Under the pieces are notes generated by a model. The model saw only the letters and a program-made list of their open reading frames with translations. It ran no database searches and had not been told where the DNA came from. Both the position numbers and the translations under genes were made by a program. A stretch of DNA of 64,000 nucleotides from Marinicella sp. (lineage in GTDB: Bacteria; Pseudomonadota; Gammaproteobacteria; Xanthomonadales; Marinicellaceae): the NCBI GenBank assembly GCA_965230295.1, contig OZ246001.1, forward strand, positions 768,001 through 832,000, in the 5' to 3' direction. Positions 8,560 through 19,126 of this stretch are shown piece after piece; position 1 is the stretch's first letter, and each line of letters opens with the position of its first letter.

Positions 8560-11424
8560 TTACATGGTAACCAAAACCCGAATAGAATCCAACTGAGGCT
8601 GGGTTTGGTTGATGGCTTGCATCGCTTGGGATAAATGCGCTTGCATGTGAGCGATCTCATCATCTCTTACCTGACCATTGTGCTCAGCCAGTTGTTGTAG
8701 ACGTGAGATTTCTCGCTTTAGGTTTTCTGAAACCTGCTGTTGTGCAACCTGTTTTATTTCAGGCAATTGTTGTTGCATCATTTCGTCAGCTTTTTGTAGC
8801 AATGATTTGATCACTGAAATTTTGGCTTTCAACACTTCCACAGCCACATTCATGGGGGCAGAGTTCTTGAATTTATTGATCAACTTCTCGGTCAATTTTG
8901 AACCAACGTCTATACCTGCTTCAGCCAGTAAATAGCGTTGGTTGATGGGCGGCAAATAACGAGACAATTGCATTGAACTTTGTCCAGTGGCTTGCACCAG
9001 ATAACGGCATTCCAAAAAAATCTGGCCAGCATTCAAACCAGAATTCTGTAACACAGCAAAAGCTGTATTTCCTTGTTCTTGGTTCAATATCAATTCCAGT
9101 ACTTCGGTCACCATGGGGTGCTCCCATGTGATGTAATGAAAGGTTTCATTGGCCAAAGCAATGTCCCGATCATAAGTGATGGTCATGCCATCATCCAATA
9201 AAAACGGAAAATAGCCATGCATTTCATCGGTGGGTCTGATGACCTCACTGCCTGGGCGATGTTCTTCATAATGTACTCCAAACAAATCAAAAACCCGGTG
9301 CATGAATTTTTCTAGCAGCGCCTCTTGCTCAAAAGCTTCAGCCTGTTCAGTCAACGCTTTGGCAGCTGCGGGACGGCATGAATTGTATTCCAATAAGCGA
9401 TCTCGACCTTTGGTCATTTTGGCCAATAAATCATCACTCAACTGTTTGCTTTTTAGGATTAACCGGCTCATGCTTTGATCATCCAGCTTTTTTTGTAGCT
9501 GATCGGCACATTCTGTAAATACATGATGGGCGGCCGGATTGGTTTGTTGAAATAAATTCAATCCCTCGTCATACCATTTAAACCACAACTCCTGGATGGT
9601 GTCTTGCAGATAAGGCACATGAATCTGAATGGTTTCTGTCTGCCCAATGCGGTCTAAACGTCCAATCCTTTGTTCCAACAAATCTGGGTGACCCGGTAAG
9701 TCAAAAAACAGCAAGTGGTGGGCAAATTGAAAATTCCGACCTTCACTGCCTATTTCAGAACACAACAACACATGGGTGCCATTCTCTGAATCTGCAAACC
9801 AGGCAGCGGCTTGATCCCTCTCAATCAAACTCATGCCCTCATGAAAAACCGCCACATGGATGCCATGAGAATCTCTGAAATGTTGTTCAAGTTTTAGGAC
9901 CGTTGCGGCTTGTGATGCGATGATCAGGATCTTTTCTTGTTTAAGTGACTGGCTCTTTTCAACCAACCACTGCACACGTGGATCAACTTCCAACCATTTA
10001 TCAGCGGCTTCATCAGACAGCACTGATTCAGGTGTCAATGAGTTATTGGCTGCTTCAAGTGATTGATACAAATCAGGCGTTTTCAATGCAGTGGCATGTA
10101 GTTGGCGTTCAGGAAATCCGGTGACCGATTGCCGGGTATTTCTAAACAGTACACGGCCTGTGCCATGTTGATCCAACAACTGGTTGATGATCGCCACCCC
10201 ATACTCAGGGTGTTCATTCAATGCCATGATCTGTTGCAGTAAATCGTCTGACACCTGATCTTTGAGTTGTTTGGCCATGGTATTGACATCAATCTCAGAC
10301 TCGCTTTCGATGGCTTGAATCAACAATTCAATGGTATCAGCGACCGTTTCAAAAGCAGCCTCTTCAGCCACAAATTGATCAAAATCCTGGTATCGGTCAG
10401 CATCCAATAATCGCAATCGAGCAAAATGACTTTTCCTGCCTAATTGTTCTGGCGTGGCTGTGAGTAACAAAACACCAGGGATGTTTCGTGCAAAGGATTC
10501 AATCAACTGATAGGCCATCACAGAATCAGAAACAGCTTGTCCTTCGGCCACTTCACCTTCGAACCATTCCAAGTGATGGGCTTCATCCACCACCATCAAG
10601 TCCCACTTGGCCGCCAGTATTTGTTCTTCTCGCAACGGGCTTTCTAAAATCATTTCCAAGGGTAACAACACCAATTGTGCGGCGTCAAATGGGTTGTCAA
10701 AACCACTGGACATTTCAATTTCCTGGCACTTCTCTTCATCAAACACACTGACTTGTAAATTGAAACGTCGCAACAACTCAACCATCCATTGATGGGTTAA
10801 ACTTTCAGGCACAATGATGATGGCCCGCTGTGCGCGGTTGGTTAATAATTGCTGGTGCAGGATCAAACAGGCTTCAATGGTTTTCCCGAGTCCCACTTCA
10901 TCTGCCAACAACACCCTGGGGGCATAACGCTGACCCACCGAGTGAGCAATGTACAATTGATGCGGCAACAAAGCCGTGCGGCATCCTATCAACCCGTACA
11001 ATTCAGACTGTTGTAAACGCTGTTGATGCCCCCTGGCCATTTGCCGCAAGTCATACCACTTTTGTTTATCCAATTGGGCGTTCAACAGGCGATCTGCCGG
11101 ACGGTCCAGCGAAATGTTGTCAGTGATTTCGGTTTCCGGAATGACGTCTTCTTCACCATTGTCTTTGACACCAAAATAGATATTCAAACCATTCAGATTT
11201 TTAACTTCCTTGATGGTCAGCTGCCAGCCCTCTTTGTGCTGTAACTGGTCATCTACTTGTGCTTCATAGCGACTCAAAGGTGCCGAATCTTTGGCATAGA
11301 TGCGCTCTTCTCCTACGGCATCAAATGCGACTTTCACCATCCGATGGTTTTCACCAACCACCCGGCCTAAGCCCAGTTGTAGATCGGCATTGTTGATGTA
11401 TCGCTGTCCAGTGATGAATTGCAT
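8560..11424 (-). CDS. rapA: RNA polymerase-associated SNF2-type ATPase RapA (HepA)
   Basis: FITGQRYIN...LGLGRV, LLPHQLYIA, VLLADEVGLGKTIEA, VVDEAHHL, LLLTATPEQLG, CSEIGSEGRNFQFA and LEQRIGRLDRIGQ. Confidence 0.97.
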   Translation of the reverse strand: MQFITGQRYINNADLQLGLGRVVGENHRMVKVAFDAVGEERIYAKDSAPLSRYEAQVDDQLQHKEGWQLTIKEVKNLNGLNIYFGVKDNGEEDVIPETEITDNISLDRPADRLLNAQLDKQKWYDLRQMARGHQQRLQQSELYGLIGCRTALLPHQLYIAHSVGQRYAPRVLLADEVGLGKTIEACLILHQQLLTNRAQRAIIIVPESLTHQWMVELLRRFNLQVSVFDEEKCQEIEMSSGFDNPFDAAQLVLLPLEMILESPLREEQILAAKWDLMVVDEAHHLEWFEGEVAEGQAVSDSVMAYQLIESFARNIPGVLLLTATPEQLGRKSHFARLRLLDADRYQDFDQFVAEEAAFETVADTIELLIQAIESESEIDVNTMAKQLKDQVSDDLLQQIMALNEHPEYGVAIINQLLDQHGTGRVLFRNTRQSVTGFPERQLHATALKTPDLYQSLEAANNSLTPESVLSDEAADKWLEVDPRVQWLVEKSQSLKQEKILIIASQAATVLKLEQHFRDSHGIHVAVFHEGMSLIERDQAAAWFADSENGTHVLLCSEIGSEGRNFQFAHHLLFFDLPGHPDLLEQRIGRLDRIGQTETIQIHVPYLQDTIQELWFKWYDEGLNLFQQTNPAAHHVFTECADQLQKKLDDQSMSRLILKSKQLSDDLLAKMTKGRDRLLEYNSCRPAAAKALTEQAEAFEQEALLEKFMHRVFDLFGVHYEEHRPGSEVIRPTDEMHGYFPFLLDDGMTITYDRDIALANETFHYITWEHPMVTEVLELILNQEQGNTAFAVLQNSGLNAGQIFLECRYLVQATGQSSMQLSRYLPPINQRYLLAEAGIDVGSKLTEKLINKFKNSAPMNVAVEVLKAKISVIKSLLQKADEMMQQQLPEIKQVAQQQVSENLKREISRLQQLAEHNGQVRDDEIAHMQAHLSQAMQAINQTQPQLDSIRVLVTM

Positions 11425-11538
11425 AAATTGTCTGATTTTCAAAGGCTGGTTATTTTAACAGCCTTTGTCCAGCATCCAACTGTTTAGCATAATAATCTAG
11501 TGATTGGCATTGAAAGTCATGTCAGCTAAAATCCCAAC

Positions 11539-12447
11539 ATGCTGAAAGTCTTGATCATATTTAATCCACATGCTGGCAGTGGCCGTGCCATGAATTACTT
11601 GCCACTGATTGAATCTTATGTCCAAGTACAAAATATCAAAGCTGAGATCATCCACACCACTCATATTGGGCATGCACAAGAATTGATCAAAGCCACCGAT
11701 TTATCAAACTATGATGGCGTGGTAGCAGCCGGCGGTGACGGCACTTTATTTGAACTGATTAATGGCTTGATGTGTCATGAGCCTGAAAATCGCATTCCTT
11801 TTGGTGTGATCCCTGTTGGTACCGGTAATGCATTTTCCCGAGAACTCGGCTTACAGCCCACTGATTGGCAACCTGGCATAGACATCATTTTGAAACAACA
11901 AACCCAGGACATTGATATTGGAAAAGCACAAACAAAGAACGAAAGCTTCTACTTCATCAACATCATTGGCATGGGCTTTGTGGTCGATGCCGGCCGCACC
12001 ACTTTGAAAATCAAGAAACTAGGTAAAACAGCGTATACCCTGGCCACCTTATGGGAAACTGCCAAACTGAAAAAACACCCCGTCAAACTTCGTTTGCAGG
12101 ATGTTAACAACCAACAAGAATTGATCGATGAGGAATTGGTGTTTGTTGAAGTTGCCAACAGCCGCTATACCGGCACGTCGTTTTTAATTGCACCTGAGGC
12201 CAAAATTGATGACGGCTTATTGGATGTGATCATCCTGAAGAAAATTTCTCGCCTTAAAATCCTCAGATTGTTCCCCACCATCTACTCAGGAAAACACGTC
12301 AACTACCCTGAAGTTGAAACCCGCAAAGTCAAAAGCATCACCATTGAAACGAACCAACCCATGCCATTGATGCCTGATGGTGAATTTTTTGCCCAAACCC
12401 CTGTAACCATCAGTTGTCTGCAACATGCCCTAAAAATCTTTATCTGA
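11539..12447 (+). CDS. Diacylglycerol/lipid kinase family protein (YegS/DgkB/BmrU)
   Basis: IFNPHAGSG, AAGGDGTLFELING, IPVGTGNAFSRELG, IAPEAKIDDGLLDV and DGE motifs. Confidence 0.92.
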   Translation: MLKVLIIFNPHAGSGRAMNYLPLIESYVQVQNIKAEIIHTTHIGHAQELIKATDLSNYDGVVAAGGDGTLFELINGLMCHEPENRIPFGVIPVGTGNAFSRELGLQPTDWQPGIDIILKQQTQDIDIGKAQTKNESFYFINIIGMGFVVDAGRTTLKIKKLGKTAYTLATLWETAKLKKHPVKLRLQDVNNQQELIDEELVFVEVANSRYTGTSFLIAPEAKIDDGLLDVIILKKISRLKILRLFPTIYSGKHVNYPEVETRKVKSITIETNQPMPLMPDGEFFAQTPVTISCLQHALKIFI

Positions 12448-12510
12448 ATCACCTGTCAACCCAAGTTGTACATCAAGCGTTGTATTGATAAACAACAACA
12501 GGAGTACTAC

Positions 12511-12732
12511 ATGAAAACGATGATTTTACTGACAGGCATTTTGGCTTTAACTTTCACCACCGGATGTCATGCCCACAAAGCAGATAAAGTGGTGGTGGTT
12601 AAGAAACCCCATAACACCAAAGTGATCCTGGTGGACAACGACCACAAACGCAAAGACTACCGCATTGTATACGTCAAACCTGCAAAAAAGTCAGTCTGTA
12701 AAAAACACCGCAGACACTGGCACTGCATCTGA
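12511..12732 (+). CDS. Small basic secreted/lipoprotein, hypothetical
   Basis: RBS CAGGAG, ATG 12511; MKTMILLTGILALTFTTGC signal; His/Lys-rich tail CKKHRRHWHCI. Confidence 0.7.
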   Translation: MKTMILLTGILALTFTTGCHAHKADKVVVVKKPHNTKVILVDNDHKRKDYRIVYVKPAKKSVCKKHRRHWHCI

Positions 12733-12750
12733 ATAGTTTCCCTCCCTGAA

Positions 12751-12804
12751 GGCCAAACCAACAGCGGCTTTCCCCTCTCCAATGGCTGTTGGTTTGGTTC
12801 TTTT
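12751..12804 (+). terminator. Long-stem hairpin terminator with a C-rich loop
   Basis: GGCCAAACCAACAGC / GCTGTTGGTTTGGTT 15-bp stem, 19-nt loop, then CTTTT; lies between convergent genes. Confidence 0.6.
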
Positions 12805-12824
12805 ACCAAAGCACCCAACCTGGT

Positions 12825-13835
12825 TCATCCCGCAATGCGCTGCTCATATTGATCCACCAATTGATGCATTACGGTTTTGCGTTCCAGGCTTGAAAAACTC
12901 GCATCAATGGCATTGTGGGTCATGCGAATTAATTGATCATCCGTGATGCCACAATGAGTCTGTACTTGCTCCATATTCTCCTGCAGATAGGCACCAAAGT
13001 GGGCAGGATCATCTGAATTTATGGTGACATTCAAGCCCAGATCCAGCATTTGTCCTATCACATGTTGGTTCATGTGTTCAAAGACATGTAAGGACACATT
13101 GGAACATGGGCACACCGTTAATGGTGTTTGGCTTTGTTGTAAATGCCTGACCAATTCAGGATCATCCAAACTGCGGATGCCATGATCAATGCGCGACACA
13201 TCGAGGTCTTTGATGGCAGACCACACATAATCAGCAGAACCTTCCTCCCCGGCATGAGCCACCACCGGCAAGCCGGTTGCTCTGATGGTTGTGAACAAAT
13301 CTTTGAATAAACTGGCTGGATAACCCACTTCAACAGCGGCCAAACCAAAACCCAAAAAACGATCGGTGTGGTGTTGATAGAATTGCCAGTCTTCATGGGC
13401 CTTTTCGACCCCCAAATGGCGGATGAACGTCGGGATCATACCACCAGTGATGCCATGTTTGTTATACCCTTCTTTGAAGGCGGCTTCAATACCATCCAAT
13501 ACCATCTCGGGTCTACAACCTCGATCAACATAGGTGCGGATGTCACAAAACACTTCAGTGTGGATGATGTTTTGTTGGTGACAAATATCCAGATAAGCAG
13601 TGGTTAATTGGAAGAAATCTTCAGCTGTCCTGATCACTTCAGTGCCTTGTATATACAATTCTACAAAATCGTTGAGGTTCTTGAACTGGTAGGCCTGATG
13701 CACATCTTCTAATGTCTTATAGGGTATGTCGATGCGGTTCTTTTCAGCCAGGTTCAGCAGCATTTCAGGCATCATAGACCCTTCAATGTGCATATGGAGC
13801 TCAACTTTGGGTAATTTTTTTATGAAATCAGACAT
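12825..13835 (-). CDS. Adenine/adenosine deaminase (amidohydrolase, COG1816)
   Basis: LPKVELHMHIEGS, VAHAGEEG, RIDHGIR, LTVCPCSN and INSDDPAHFG. Confidence 0.9.
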   Translation of the reverse strand: MSDFIKKLPKVELHMHIEGSMMPEMLLNLAEKNRIDIPYKTLEDVHQAYQFKNLNDFVELYIQGTEVIRTAEDFFQLTTAYLDICHQQNIIHTEVFCDIRTYVDRGCRPEMVLDGIEAAFKEGYNKHGITGGMIPTFIRHLGVEKAHEDWQFYQHHTDRFLGFGLAAVEVGYPASLFKDLFTTIRATGLPVVAHAGEEGSADYVWSAIKDLDVSRIDHGIRSLDDPELVRHLQQSQTPLTVCPCSNVSLHVFEHMNQHVIGQMLDLGLNVTINSDDPAHFGAYLQENMEQVQTHCGITDDQLIRMTHNAIDASFSSLERKTVMHQLVDQYEQRIAG

Positions 13836-13948
13836 GCAATGGTTTTTTTAAAACGACACATCTTAACATTTTCTGGTGATTATTTATGCTGGTACTATGA
13901 TGTTCGAACACGTAAAATAGACAGCTTGTTAAATTATGATTGCCTGGA

Positions 13949-14905
13949 ATGAATACAGACTATTTAGACTTTGAACAACCTTTGGCTGAATTGGAAGCAA
14001 AAATCAATGAACTACAGAACGTCAGCGATGACAATGCCATGAACATTGATGAAGAAATTCAAAGGTTAAAAGGCAAACTGAAATCTAAAACGGAACAAAT
14101 TTTTTCAAACTTATCTGATTGGCAAATTTCTCAGTTGGCACGGCATCCCAAAAGACCTTACACACTCGATTATGTTGAGTTGATGTTCACAGATTTTCAA
14201 GAGCTGCATGGAGACCGTGCCTTTGCCGATGATTCTGCCATTGTTGGTGGACCAGCCAAATTAGATGGGCAGTCTGTGATGGTCATTGGACACCAAAAAG
14301 GCCGCAACACCAAATCCAAAATAAAACGAAATTTTGGCATGCCCAGACCAGAAGGCTATCGCAAAGCACTGCGACTGATGCAAATGGCTGAGCAGTTCAA
14401 CATGCCCATCCTGACATTCATTGATACACCAGGTGCCTACCCAGGGATTGGCGCAGAAGAGCGAGGACAATCAGAAGCCATTGCTAAAAATTTGGAAGTG
14501 ATGTCAAACCTGAAAGTCCCCATCATTTGTACGGTCATTGGAGAAGGCGGTTCTGGTGGAGCACTGGCCATTGGTGTAGGTGACGTCACACTGATGTTAC
14601 AGTACAGCACCTATTCGGTGATTTCACCTGAAGGTTGCGCCTCGATCCTGTGGCGCAGTGCAGACAAAGCCAAAGACGCTGCGGAAGCATTGAGCATCAC
14701 ATCAAGCAAATTAAAAGAGCAAGGATTGATTGACCAGATCATTGACGAGCCTCTGGGCAGTGCCTATCGCGACACTGAGTATGTTGCCAACCAATTAAAA
14801 GCAACCATCACCAGTGAACTGGAGCGGCTGGACAAGATGGACGATGCAGAATTGCTTGAAAGTCGTTATAAAAAACTGATGTCTTATGGTGCTTTCAGCG
14901 AATAA
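13949..14905 (+). CDS. accA: Acetyl-CoA carboxylase carboxyltransferase alpha subunit
   Basis: [38 protein letters not shown] and [12 protein letters not shown]. Confidence 0.98.
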   Translation: MNTDYLDFEQPLAELEAKINELQNVSDDNAMNIDEEIQRLKGKLKSKTEQIFSNLSDWQISQLARHPKRPYTLDYVELMFTDFQELHGDRAFADDSAIVGGPAKLDGQSVMVIGHQKGRNTKSKIKRNFGMPRPEGYRKALRLMQMAEQFNMPILTFIDTPGAYPGIGAEERGQSEAIAKNLEVMSNLKVPIICTVIGEGGSGGALAIGVGDVTLMLQYSTYSVISPEGCASILWRSADKAKDAAEALSITSSKLKEQGLIDQIIDEPLGSAYRDTEYVANQLKATITSELERLDKMDDAELLESRYKKLMSYGAFSE

Positions 14906-16166
14906 TCCTTCGCTTTTAAACCTCAGTCAGATCCCTGAAGCCAATCGGTATTTTGTCGCTTACAGTGGCGGTATGGATTCCACAGCTGTATTACATGCCT
15001 TGGTAACTGTAACTGATCTAAAAGACAAAATTACGGCCATTCACATCAATCACAACATCGATGCCAACGCATCGCAGTGGGCTGATCATTGTCAGGCTTT
15101 CTGTGATCAATTGGGAGTCAAACTGATCTCCCGCTCGGTCACGCTGACAGACCACAGCGAAGACAGTTGTCGCCGAGCCAGGCAAGATGTATTTACTGAG
15201 CAGCTGGGTGAAGGCGACTGTTTAATCACTGGGCACCACTTGAGTGATCAAATTGAAACAGTATTATTTCGTTTAATCAGAGGCACCGGTCTATTAGGTT
15301 TGACAGGCATGAAAGTCCTATCCAAGCATGCTCATTATCAAATTTTTCGGCCCATGCTCAATACAGAAAAATCCGACATTGAAGCCTACATCAAACAAAA
15401 CCAATTAACCTACATTACAGACCCCAGTAATTCAGACAACACATACAGCCGAAATTTCATCAGAAATGAAATCATGCCTTTGGTAAGGTCGCAGTTTCCT
15501 GACGCTTCGAAGAACATTGCTCTGACCGCAAAAAATTTGCAACCTTCGGCTCAAATTCTGGGTGCGCTTTTTAAGGACTGGAACCCTTACAAAGTTCATT
15601 CATTCGCCAAAGTAGATAAGAACACTTTTGCCACAGTCATTTATTCATGGCTCTCACATTTTATTGAATTAAAACCCAGTCACCATGCCTTGCAACAATT
15701 TGCCCATGATTGTATCAACGCTGCCCCAGACAAAATGCCGCAGTTAAATTTGTCCAATGTGCTGCTGATCTATTGGGGGCAAAAGGTTTATGCACTGAAG
15801 CCCAGAAAGTTCAACAACACCGAAACTGTTGAATACTCACTGCATGCCAACAAACCCATTCAACTTCCGGGCCATTCGGGCAGTATCGAACTCTTGTCTT
15901 CTCATGCGTGTACTTTGAACGTGGTAGTCAAATTTCAGCAACCTGGTGAAAAAATATTGTTAGCAAATCAAACCATGCGTGCCAAGTTAAAAAACCTGTT
16001 TCAAGCCAAACAAATTCCACCTTGGGAGAGACAAGTGATGCCATACCTTTATATTGATGATCATTTGATGGCAGTTGGGTCACAGTTCAAGTCTGCTAAA
16101 TTCACCCAATTGTTGAACGAATTAAATGCTGAATACCATTGGCGATCACCACAATTTCTTTTGTAA
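14886..16166 (+). CDS. tilS: tRNA(Ile)-lysidine synthase
   Basis: PP-loop [29 protein letters not shown]...RNFIR and C-terminal IPPWER; follows accA. Confidence 0.93.
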   Translation: MVLSANNPSLLNLSQIPEANRYFVAYSGGMDSTAVLHALVTVTDLKDKITAIHINHNIDANASQWADHCQAFCDQLGVKLISRSVTLTDHSEDSCRRARQDVFTEQLGEGDCLITGHHLSDQIETVLFRLIRGTGLLGLTGMKVLSKHAHYQIFRPMLNTEKSDIEAYIKQNQLTYITDPSNSDNTYSRNFIRNEIMPLVRSQFPDASKNIALTAKNLQPSAQILGALFKDWNPYKVHSFAKVDKNTFATVIYSWLSHFIELKPSHHALQQFAHDCINAAPDKMPQLNLSNVLLIYWGQKVYALKPRKFNNTETVEYSLHANKPIQLPGHSGSIELLSSHACTLNVVVKFQQPGEKILLANQTMRAKLKNLFQAKQIPPWERQVMPYLYIDDHLMAVGSQFKSAKFTQLLNELNAEYHWRSPQFLL

Positions 16167-16175
16167 AATACCACC

Positions 16176-16373
16176 ATGAGTCAAACAAAAACATTTGAAA
16201 AAAACCTGGAACAACTCACTGATGTGATCCAAAAAATGGAACAACAGGATGTGGGCCTAGAAGAATCTTTGAAACTGTATGAACAAGGTATTCAACTGAC
16301 CAGAAAGTGTCAAAAGATTATTGATGATGCTGAACAAAAAATTGAGCAGTTAATGGAAAAATCCAGTGACTGA
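16176..16373 (+). CDS. xseB: Exodeoxyribonuclease VII small subunit
   Basis: FEKNLEQL...LEESLKLYEQGIQL...AEQKI; xseB-ispA synteny. Confidence 0.93.
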   Translation: MSQTKTFEKNLEQLTDVIQKMEQQDVGLEESLKLYEQGIQLTRKCQKIIDDAEQKIEQLMEKSSD

Positions 16374-17238
16374 CAATCAAGCATTGATTGATCGAATTGA
16401 TCGCTTCCTCGTTGATCAGTTAAGTACACTCAAATCACAAGACACTGGACAGTTGATTGCGGCGATTGAATATTCGTTACTCAATGGCGGTAAACGAATG
16501 CGGCCATTGTTGGTCTATGCGACCGCCAAAAGTACTGGAATAGATAAGCAGGTTGCAGACCACATTGCTGCTGCCATTGAAATGATACATGCCTACTCAT
16601 TGATTCACGATGACCTGCCTGCGATGGATGATGATGACCTTCGTCGAGGACAAGCCACCTGTCACATTAAATTTGATGAAGCCACAGCAATTTTAGCTGC
16701 TGATGCTTTACAAGCCCTGGCATTCGAAGTTCTCACCAAAACACCCATTGAGGCTGAGCATAAAGTGGCTTTGATCAACACCTTAAGCAAGGCCGCTGGT
16801 GCTGTTGGAATGGTTGGTGGTCAAATGTTGGATTTAGAGGCTGAGGGTCAACAACTCACACTCGAAGCCTTACAAAATATCCATGCCAAAAAAACCGGGG
16901 CATTACTGGAAGCCTGTGTTTCCATGGTGATCGGCTGTGATAAAGACATTTCAAAAAAGTTCATCGGTAGATATCTAGAGTTTGCACAAAATTTTGGTAT
17001 CGCTTATCAAATCATTGATGACATTCTGGATGTCACCAAGGATACCATAACCTTAGGTAAGCCAGCACAATCAGACATTAAAAACGACAAAAGCACCTAT
17101 CCAAGCCTGTTAGGACTTGATGCTGCCAAAGAAAAAGCAACAGAACATATCGATCATGCACATGAGTTATTGACCCATTTACCTGGGAACGAACTGCTGG
17201 TTCAATTGACAGAAATAATTGCCAGCAGATCCAGTTAA
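16366..17238 (+). CDS. ispA: Farnesyl diphosphate synthase (geranyltranstransferase)
   Basis: GGKRMRP, FARM IHDDLPAMDDDDLRRG, GQMLD, KTG, SARM YQIIDDILD and KSTYP. Confidence 0.95.
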   Translation: MTDNQALIDRIDRFLVDQLSTLKSQDTGQLIAAIEYSLLNGGKRMRPLLVYATAKSTGIDKQVADHIAAAIEMIHAYSLIHDDLPAMDDDDLRRGQATCHIKFDEATAILAADALQALAFEVLTKTPIEAEHKVALINTLSKAAGAVGMVGGQMLDLEAEGQQLTLEALQNIHAKKTGALLEACVSMVIGCDKDISKKFIGRYLEFAQNFGIAYQIIDDILDVTKDTITLGKPAQSDIKNDKSTYPSLLGLDAAKEKATEHIDHAHELLTHLPGNELLVQLTEIIASRSS

Positions 17239-17292
17239 CCTGGTCATCAATGGCCCAACTCAGTCAGTCAGGCCATATTAACTCATTGTTCT

Positions 17293-19035
17293 TTAATCAA
17301 ATCCATGAGTGAAAACCACATCTGAGTTATGAAACTCATCAACACCGATGTCATATATTCCAGTTCCATTGACCACAACCGTGTCATTGATGGGTGCCAA
17401 CTCTAAATCGATGTCATACTTGGGTCCAGGAATAGGCGTTCCTGCTTCTCCATTGTCACATTGATCCACAGCCACCGATTCACTTGTGATGTGGAAATCA
17501 TTGTCATCCTGTGAGACAAAACCTGGATCAGCCAGGAATGTATTACTGCCTCCCTGCCAACCGAAGTTATTGTCCATTAAGTTACAGTTTTGCGAACCGC
17601 TGCCGCCTATGAAATTGCCCACCTGGTTGGTCAACGGTTCATGAATGATGGAATTATTAATCACCCGATCACTGTCCAACATTGAAAATGTGGCACCTGA
17701 GGTGTCATTCAGAGCGGTGGTAATTTGATTAACTTGTAAGTAACTGTCTTCCATTCGGATGGTGTGTTGGCTGTCCCACTGTGTGCCATGCTCTTCACCG
17801 TTGCGGTACACCAGTGAACGCTCTAATACTAAACTGGATTGACTGTTGGTGTTGATGGCTACACCAGCGTTGGCTTGATTGTAAGCAAAATGCGTGTGGC
17901 TCAAATAAGCCATTCCATTGATCATATATAAGCCACCACCAGACCCTAATGACCCGGATGTTTTATTTTCTATGATTTGGTTACAAGCATAAAAATCCCA
18001 ACAATGTCCTGCGTTGTTATCTGCCGTAAGTAAGGCACCACCAGTGACAACAATGCCCGCACCATTACTGGCTACATTGTTTTGAATACTGGTCCCATCT
18101 AATTCAACTTTGGCACTGCTGCCCTGAACATAGATACCACCACCATTGCCATAACCATCATTGTTGGCATCTGCACCATTGTCATTGACATTGACGGGTT
18201 TACCCAATAAATAAGAGGACAATTGTAGTTTTGACTGATTAATAAAAACGCCACCGCCATTACCTATGGCCGTGTTGTATGCAATACCACGGTAATCAAA
18301 CAAGCCTCCATCACTGGCTGCCAATACCGAAACATCACATCCGGTTGTGGCATAAATCCCACCACCATGCCCAGAATTCTGAACGGTGCCCGTGGCCCTA
18401 TTGAAACTGACACCACTGTCTTCAATGATTGAAACCCGACCTGCCTTACAATACAAGCCACCACCTAATCCAGAGCCACCGGCTTGTCCATGGGCCTCGT
18501 TGCTGAAAACCAACGTATTGATTAAAGTAAGAATTGCATTGGTACCACTGGTGTAAATACCCCCACCTCTGCTACCCAAATTTTGGGTAATCAATGAATC
18601 CCTGATAGTTAATACCACCGATTGACTGTCAAAAATGCGTAATGATATTCCCCCACCGGAGTTAAATTGTGAATGTTGTCCGCCTTTGATCACCAGGCCA
18701 CTCAATAAGACAGCGTTTGGTAAATCATTGTCTGTTGGAATGATGCGAATCACAGAAGTGTTTCCTGTTCCTTGAATGGTGGTCTTTGTTCCAGCTACGT
18801 AGTCAGAACAATCATCATAACCACCGGCTAAATTCATTTGTTGATTTGATATCACCAAGTCTTCATTAATGATTTGTTGGTTGGTTATTCGAATTTGTTC
18901 TTCACCCAAGTCTATAACTTCCTGCAATGTATAATTGGCCGAATTGTAATCACAAGATGAATCACTGCCCCAATAGACTGCTGTGGCGAACACTGATTGT
19001 GTCAACATGATTGATAATAAAAATAAATTTTTCAT
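17293..19035 (-). CDS. Secreted right-handed beta-helix protein (GG[GA]I/FxxN repeats), choice-of-anchor-Q-like C-terminus, GFD tail
   Basis: RBS AGGAGA, ATG 19035; signal peptide; about eight GGG(I/L/V)(Y/F/S)-type repeats; DPGF...DFHITSESVAVD...YDIGVDE; ends DVVFTHGFD. Confidence 0.75.
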   Translation of the reverse strand: MKNLFLLSIMLTQSVFATAVYWGSDSSCDYNSANYTLQEVIDLGEEQIRITNQQIINEDLVISNQQMNLAGGYDDCSDYVAGTKTTIQGTGNTSVIRIIPTDNDLPNAVLLSGLVIKGGQHSQFNSGGGISLRIFDSQSVVLTIRDSLITQNLGSRGGGIYTSGTNAILTLINTLVFSNEAHGQAGGSGLGGGLYCKAGRVSIIEDSGVSFNRATGTVQNSGHGGGIYATTGCDVSVLAASDGGLFDYRGIAYNTAIGNGGGVFINQSKLQLSSYLLGKPVNVNDNGADANNDGYGNGGGIYVQGSSAKVELDGTSIQNNVASNGAGIVVTGGALLTADNNAGHCWDFYACNQIIENKTSGSLGSGGGLYMINGMAYLSHTHFAYNQANAGVAINTNSQSSLVLERSLVYRNGEEHGTQWDSQHTIRMEDSYLQVNQITTALNDTSGATFSMLDSDRVINNSIIHEPLTNQVGNFIGGSGSQNCNLMDNNFGWQGGSNTFLADPGFVSQDDNDFHITSESVAVDQCDNGEAGTPIPGPKYDIDLELAPINDTVVVNGTGIYDIGVDEFHNSDVVFTHGFD

Positions 19036-19126
19036 GGTTAGTTCTCCTATAAATAATTGATCGTTCAAGCCCACCTGTTGGCTTAACTGTTGCTGGCTAT
19101 GTTGGCAAACAGCTCATTTAATCGCT

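Noticed and set aside
17239-17280. GGTCA/GGCCC/AGTCA/GGCCA pentamers after ispA resembling the 19127-19170 array
   Set aside because: Spacing is irregular (10, 10, 9), cores are degenerate and the site lies between convergent gene ends.
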